A stretch of DNA of 55,545 nucleotides from assembly GCA_038087875.1 (NCBI GenBank), contig JAXLNO010000059.1:1-55545 (forward strand), given 5' to 3'. The first letter of the stretch is position 1. Each line of letters starts with the position of its first letter. Below, piece after piece: positions 49,338 to 55,545 of the stretch. Both the position numbers and the translations under genes were made by a program. This stretch comes from Malacoraja senta. Taxonomy: Eukaryota. Under the pieces are notes generated by a model. It had not been told where the DNA came from. It worked only from the letters and a program-made list of their open reading frames with translations, and searched no databases.

Positions 49338-49974
49338 GCCTTGGGCCAAGTTTGGGCCATGATATAAATTCAGGAGATGTGAAGTAGCTGTGTGAAGTAG
49401 CTATGGTTGAAGTTCTTTCTGAGGAAGATGCAATGGGGTTCCCCAGGGATTTATAGAGGACACAAAGATGGTTACCATAATGTTAACAGGAGCAATAGAC
49501 CAACTGTGTGCAGAATGGTGTAGATTGTATTGTTGTACTTGTAGCAGAAAAGGTCAAAGGCAGTCCTAAGTGGATGGAACACTAAGTGGAAGAATAACTC
49601 AGCCGGTCAGGCAACATCTCTGGAGAACATGGATAAGTGATGTTTTAGGTCAAAACCCTTCTTCTGAAGAAGGGTTCTAGCCCAAAACATTGCCTGTCCA
49701 TATCCTCTAGAGATGCTGCCTGACCCTACTGAATTTCTCCAGCACTTTGTGTTCTTCACGTCCAGCATCTGCAGTTCATTGTGTCCTTCGGGGGTAGAAC
49801 TTTGTTCACTGCACTGGATAGAAAAAGAATGATACAATTGAAAATTGTCTTAACCTGGAATAACCTGGGTACTTTACTTTAGTGCCCGTCAATGTAATGG
49901 CTTCACAAAGACTATTAGCCACAGTATATCTGAAAGATGTACAGTAACAGTTCCTTTGCACGCCAGACCACTTA

Positions 49975-50468
49975 AGGGCCTGTCCCACGGGCATGCGATT
50001 CTATGCGGCAAGCACGACCTAACCGCAAGCGGGGGCTGCGCGGAGGTCGAGTGATCCCCGTACATGGCCGGTCCCACCAGCATGCGGCTGCATGCGGCAA
50101 GCGCTACCAAATCGGAAGCGGGGGCCGCGCGGAGGTCGAGTGACATCAAGACGGTGCGTACGCCGGCGAGGCGGTGCGCACGGCCGTTGAGGCAGTCAAC
50201 ACGGCCTCGATGCGGCTGCGTCCGGCGTTGAGGCGGTGCGCACGGCCATCGATGCGGCGCGCACGGCCTCGATGCGGCTGCGGGGCGGCAGGCCGTTGCC
50301 GCACAGAATTTTTGAACACGGTCAGTTTTTCGGAGCCCCGCGCGATGTCGGGACCAGCTCCGCACAACTCCATATGGCTCCGGCGATCGAAGTGGGACCG
50401 GCCCTGCGAGCTCCGCGTGGTTAGGTCGTGCTTGCCGCATGGAGTCGAATGCCCGTGGGACAGGCCCT
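49975..50468. mobile_element. Harbinger-like MITE related to 16760-17306
   Basis: TIRs AGGGCCTGTCCCACGGGCAT / ATGCCCGTGGGACAGGCCCT; shared internal GGGCTCCGAAAA and TCCCGACATCGCGCGG motifs. Confidence 0.8.
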
Positions 50469-50525
50469 TTCATCTATTTACATGTTTAGATTTCTGGCTC
50501 CTACTGTGTATTCTATTGCAAAATT

Positions 50526-50991
50526 GGGCGGTCACGGTGGCGCAGCGGTAGAGTTGCTGCCTTACAGCAAATGCAGTGCCGGAGACCCGGGTTCGATCGA
50601 GACTATGGATGCTGTCTGAACGGAGTTTGTACGTTCTCCCCGTGATCTGCATGGGTTTTCTCCGAGATCTTCAGTTTCCTCCCCACAGTCCAAAGACGTA
50701 CAGGTTTGTAAGTTGTTCAAGAAGGAACTGCAGATGCTGGAAAATCTAAGGTAGACAAGGTTGCTGGAGAAACTCACCAGTTTGATGTTATCTCACTTTC
50801 TCATCCACTCCCTATACATGAGGGACAATTTGCAGAGGCCAATTATCCAACAAACATGCACATTTTGGGGTTTGTGGGAGAAAATCAGAAGAAACCCACT
50901 GGTCACAGGGAGAACGTGCAAACTCCACACAGAATGTACCCGAGGTCAGGGTCGAACCCGGGGTCTCTACCAGCTGCATGGCTGTGCTGCA
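50526..50991. mobile_element. Two partial HE1-like SINEs (50526-50712 on +, ~50790-50991 on -) separated by a pLTR relic
   Basis: GGCGGTCACGGTGGCGCAGCGGTAGAGTTGCTGCC head; the reverse copy has GGAGAACGTGCAAACTCC. Confidence 0.7.
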
Positions 50992-51956
50992 CCTTTATCC
51001 TCATTGTTACGCTCCATATTCTCACATGCGGTCGTTGAGGGCGGTGGCGGTCGAGGACGGGCCACGTTCGAGCCGGATGACACGCGGCTGGGAACAAAGG
51101 AGGACCCGGTGTGGGGTGTCCGCTGTGAGGGGAGAGGGGAGATCAAAGGAGGGTCTGGCATGGGATACTTTAAACTTTGTTGGCACCCTTTAGGTGGTGA
51201 CTCTTTGAATACATTAGGTATGCAAAAGAAAAAAAATCACCGTGACTTGTCACATGTGACAATAAAGTATTAATTGATTAATTAATTAATTAATTCATTC
51301 ATTCATTCATTGCCTTGCCCGTGGATGTCAGAGTCACAGTCACTCTCAGCTTCCTAACCTCAAGTTCATTCCAAGCTGCTGAGTCTGTGTTCCACCTCAT
51401 TACAGTTTGCTACTCACCACTGTGTTATGGAGGTCACCCAATCTCCATACTCAAAGAGAGTACTATCATCTATTTTCTCTACAGCCCATATGAGGAGATA
51501 GATTAGATAGAGGTATGTGTTTGTATTGCAGTCCCCCAGTGTACAGGCCTTCATTGTTTGTACTCTAAACCTTTCTTAATACTGTCTGCCAGGACTGGCT
51601 GACTGTAACCACGGAGCATCTCTATAGTCCCCATGTACTGTTTTTTACCACCCTGTCCAGCCTCTATTCCCCCATGAGATTTATCTCCCACCCCTCTCCC
51701 ATCAATATGACATCCATAGTAGCAACATTCCCCTGCAGCTGAGAAGATACTGCTTTCATTATACATGTGCCATTAAGAGCTAGTGCAAAGGATGCACCTG
51801 TTAGACTGTGTTGTGCCACCAGCAAGTACTTGCCACATATTGACAGGTAACTCTGCACTGAAACCTTTAGTTTCAATGTGGCATCACTCAGGTAGACCCA
51901 CATAGAACAATACAGCACAGGAACAGACCCTTCAGCCTACAATGTCTGTGCCAAAT

Positions 51957-52247
51957 GTTTAGTTTAGTTTAGGTGAGTTTAGAGCTACAGCGCGGAAACA
52001 GGCCCTTGGGCCCACCGAATTTGCACCGACCAGCGATCCCCACGCATTAACACTATCCTACATTAGGAACTATTTTTATATTTTTACCAAGCCAATTAAC
52101 CTACAAACCTGTACATCTTTGGAGTGTGGGTTGAAACTGAAGTTCTCAGAGAAAACCCACACTGGTCACGGGGAGAACGTACAAACCCCCTACAGACAGC
52201 ACCTGTAGTCGGGATCAAAACCTGGGTCTCCGACGCTGTAAGAGCTG
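51957..52247 (-). mobile_element. HE1-like V-SINE whose head is cut by a MITE
   Basis: (TTTAG)n tail, then the reverse-complemented SINE body. Confidence 0.75.
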
Positions 52248-52250
52248 TAA

Positions 52251-53049
52251 TGCCCCTGTCCCACTTAGGAAACCTGAACGGAAACCTCAAGGTTTCCGTG
52301 CGGTTCCCGGAGGTTCCCGGAGGTTTTTGTCAGTCTCCCTAATGGTCGAAAGTGGTTTCCGCTTCTTCTATGTTCCGGCGATTATTTCAAAAAATTCAAA
52401 ACCGGCCGCGACTAAAAATAGGTTGCCGTTTTAAAAATCGGTAATTTTTTAGTTGAAGCCGGTTGCGATGCTAGTTGAAGGTGGTTGCCGGAGGTTGCAG
52501 GTAGTGGAAGGTAAGACCCTGGTGGAATAAAACTGGGTGGAAAAAAAGGTCTTACCTTCCAGAGCCAGGGGTCAGAATCCAAAGCCAGGGGTCAAAGTTT
52601 AAAAATAAGGGGTAGTCTATCCAGGAGTGAGATGAGGAAAACCTTTTTCACCCAGAGAGTTGTGAATCTATAGAATTCTCTGCTACAGAAGGCAGTGGAG
52701 GTCAATTCACTGGATATTTTCAAGAGTTAGATTTAAACCCCTGTCTCACGGTGCGAGTCGACCCAACCCACGAGTGACCCCGAGTTTAAAACAAATTAAA
52801 CTCGTCGTAATCACGTACAATTAACGTAGCAGGAACGTCTGAACTCGTGGAAGCAACTTAGCCACTCATGGTGCTAAGGGCAGGTACCAGGGAAACTTCT
52901 TAACTCTTGAAAAACTTTAAACATGATTAAAGATTTCCACAAGTCAAATTTACTCTTGAAGTTAAAATTTGAAACAATTAAACTCGTTGTAAGAACGTAG
53001 TAGCCCGTGAGTTTACCGTAGTGATTCGTGAGTCTACCGTGGGCACTCT
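52251..53049. mobile_element. Two Harbinger-like MITE remnants (52251-~52560 and 52736-53049) separated by a CR1 piece
   Basis: TAA|TGCCCCTGTCCCAC and TTA|AACCCCTGTCTCACGG starts; the second ends CCGTGGGCACTCT|TTA. TIRs are imperfect. Confidence 0.5.
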
Positions 53050-53052
53050 TTA

Positions 53053-54776
53053 ACTCAGCGGTCAGACAGCATCTCTGGAGAGAAGGAATGGTGACGGGAT
53101 GACGTTTCCAAATTTCTGCTGCGTCTTTGTGTTACTCCAGCACCGTGTGTTCACTTTTGTCCACAGCATCTGCCCTTTCTTGTGTATGATATTATTTGTA
53201 TCCGCGGCAGTTGATTGTCGCTCCCCTTCAGTTTCCCAGGGGGTCGGGACGGGACTGGAGTTGGGAGGGAAAGATTGGGGGGGGGACGAGGGGAGGGGAG
53301 GGGAGTGGAGGGGAGGGGGTGGGGTGGGTTGGGGTGACTTAGTACGGGAGACGAGTTTACTGACTGTGTTGGCAGACACTTTGGTAGTGATTGCCCATGG
53401 GGTGCACTGTCGAGGACTTCATAATGCAGGGGAGCATTATAAACAGTGGAGCGATTAACCCTGGAAAGGGGGGAGACTTCTCTCTGAGTTGGACCCAGGA
53501 AACTGAAGCAGGAATTTTCTTGAGGTTATTAACGACAGATAAATGGATGGGAAGGGTTTAGAGGGCTATGGGCCACATGCAGGCAAATAGGACTACCCCA
53601 AGACGGCACGGCCAAGCTGGGCCGAAGGACCTGTTTCTGTGTTGCACAGCACCATGACTAAGGCCTATCCAGTGGGATTGACATGTTTTGTATTCTTCCT
53701 TTCTAAAGATGCAGTGTATTTTGGTGACTATTGCACACTGCAGACCAGAAGCGCCTTCAATACCCAGAGAGAAGGGATGGGCGGGTTAGGTGAGCAGGAG
53801 AGTGGGGTTGTTTGCAGTTGCAGAGGGAGGGGGGCAAGGGCGGTACAGTTCCCAGTCTCAGCTCCTGTTCTACTCGAGCGTGTGGACGTGGACGGGTGGC
53901 TTGGTTGGCGGCGGCCCATGGTGTGGCAGAGCCGGCGTGCCCGCTGACTCCCACCGCCCCCACCCCCCCGGGTCCCCGGGGGCCTCGCACGGCGAGAGAG
54001 CCCCCGAGCATCTGCCCTGGGGCGACGGGCACTGACCTGCTGGCGTCGCCGACGTGAAGACCGGTGCGAAGCCCCCGCGCCCGGTGCAATGGGCGGGGTG
54101 CTGGAGAGAGGAGGGAAGGGGTCACACACATGGCCGGAAAGCAGAGGGGTGGGGGTGGGGGGCGGCGACAGACAGGGCCAACAATGAGATGGAGAAAGAC
54201 AGAAACACCGACGTGCAAAAGGAGACCTACAATAGTGCATGATCTCTCTCGCGTTATGGCGGGTGATTGTCGCCTGCCCGCTGTTTCTGACGCTAAAACC
54301 TTGGGATCATTGCCATTCGTGTTGGCGCGGGGGAGGGGGGTATTGTGCTGTTTGATCGCCCCCTGCTATCCCAGGAACAGGGAGACACAGCGACTTTTGA
54401 GACTGGTGGGCAATCACTACCAAAGTGTCTGCCCACACAGTCAGTACACCTTTCCTACACTTGTCTCCCATACTAAGTCACCCCAACCCCCCTCCTCCTC
54501 CCCCCCACTCCCCTCCTCCTCCCCCCCACTCCCCTCCCCCCCCCCCCACCTTTCCCTCCCAACTCCAGTCCCCGTCCCGACCCCCTGGGAAACTGATGGG
54601 AGCGACAAACAACTGCCGACGGATACAAATAATGTCATACACAAGAAGGGGCAGATGCTGGTTGACAAAAAGTGAACACAACAGTGCTGGAGTAACACAA
54701 AGACGCAGCAGAATTTTGGAAACGTCATCCCATCACCCATTCCTTCTCTCTAGAGATGCTGCCTGTCCCGTTGAGT
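53053..54776. repeat. Long inverted repeat: arms ~53053-53398 and ~54407-54776 with an ~1 kb spacer
   Basis: For example GCAGACACTTTGGTAGTGATTGCCCA versus TGGGCAATCACTACCAAAGTGTCTGC; ORFs 53099+ and 54441- encode near-identical peptides. Confidence 0.88.
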
Positions 54777-55203
54777 GACCATACTGAGGGAATTCCCACG
54801 TATATGAAGCAGAGAGAAACGCTCTGGCACTGGACGGTGCGCATTTTCCCTTTGTAGGTCATATCAATAGATGTGGCCGCGCTGAATTCTATCTTTAACT
54901 CAAAGCCGCAGGATGGAGCTGTCTTCTTTAACATTGTTGCTTCGCCGCCACCGCCTCCTTGCTGCACAATGGCAGCGAGTGCGGGGCCAAGATCCTGCTT
55001 GTTTTTTAAAGTTCTGAAATTGAATAACTTTCAATACTGAATCAGAATATACTTATTGTATGAGATACTGTCCAGCTCCTCTATTTGATACTTAAAACAG
55101 GCCTTCATTCACGGTTGGCTCAAGGGTAACTCGGGAGAGGAACTTGGTAACTCGGGAGAGGAACTTGGTACATCGCAGAAATGAGAAGTAAATGGCAAAC
55201 TTA

Positions 55204-55473
55204 AGGGCCTGTCCCACGAGCATGCGACTGCATGCGGCTAGCGCAACCAAACGTGGTGGCTTGAGCCGTACGGGCCTCGCGGGGCCGGTCCCACTTCCAG
55301 CCGCGGAGCCGTCTGGAGTTGTGCGGGGCCGGTCCCGACATCATACTCACCAATCAGCTGGGCAAGAGGCGGGGCCGACTGAATTTGGACGTCGCACGGC
55401 ATCGGGCGGTGACGTCATCACGCAACGCCACGGCGGGCGGTGACGTCATCGCGCAATGCCATGCGCTAGGCGT
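55204..55473. mobile_element. Harbinger-like MITE of the same family, truncated by a CR1 tail
   Basis: TTA|AGGGCCTGTCCCACGAGCATGCGAC start; internal motifs shared with 16760-17306. Confidence 0.75.
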
Positions 55474-55545
55474 ACATAGAAACATAGAAACATAAAAAAT
55501 AGGTGCAGGAGTAGGCCATTCGGCCCTTCGAGCCTGCACCGCCAT
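55474..55545 (-). mobile_element. CR1 LINE 3' terminus (element continues beyond the window)
   Basis: (CATAGAAA)n followed by the reverse complement of the CR1 3' UTR seen at 5090-5160. Confidence 0.85.

Noticed and set aside
49889..54778. Long Arg/Pro/Gly-rich ORFs in the MITEs and the GC-rich core
   Set aside because: Low stop-codon density in GC-rich repeats; no protein motifs.
55126..55170. 21-bp tandem duplication GGTAACTCGGGAGAGGAACTT x2
   Set aside because: Only two copies; most simply a local slippage duplication.

Overview
Eukaryotic (vertebrate) genomic DNA, most likely a cartilaginous fish such as a skate or ray. This is inferred from many HE1-like V-SINEs, abundant CR1 LINEs and Penelope pseudo-LTR relics. 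I cannot support any host protein-coding gene, RNA gene or CRISPR array. The window is a dense, nested transposon landscape. It holds a decayed L1 LINE (1-~12790) containing a Tc1 transposon, which in turn contains a Mag-like Gypsy element and a CR1 fragment. It also holds a nearly intact full-length CR1 with a 78-bp tandem-monomer 5' end (20259-24840) and a nearly intact DIRS1-type tyrosine-recombinase retrotransposon (27809-32666). Smaller elements include a non-autonomous Helitron (35873-37053), an internally deleted RTE, a second deleted Gypsy, a solo LTR, Harbinger-like MITEs, Rex1-like fragments and many short Penelope-derived elements carrying minimal hammerhead-ribozyme motifs. A few AT-rich unique islands may be conserved non-coding elements. 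The best candidates for novelty are the hammerhead-bearing foldback mini-elements, the CR1 monomer promoter array and a local templated duplication. All coordinates were read by eye.
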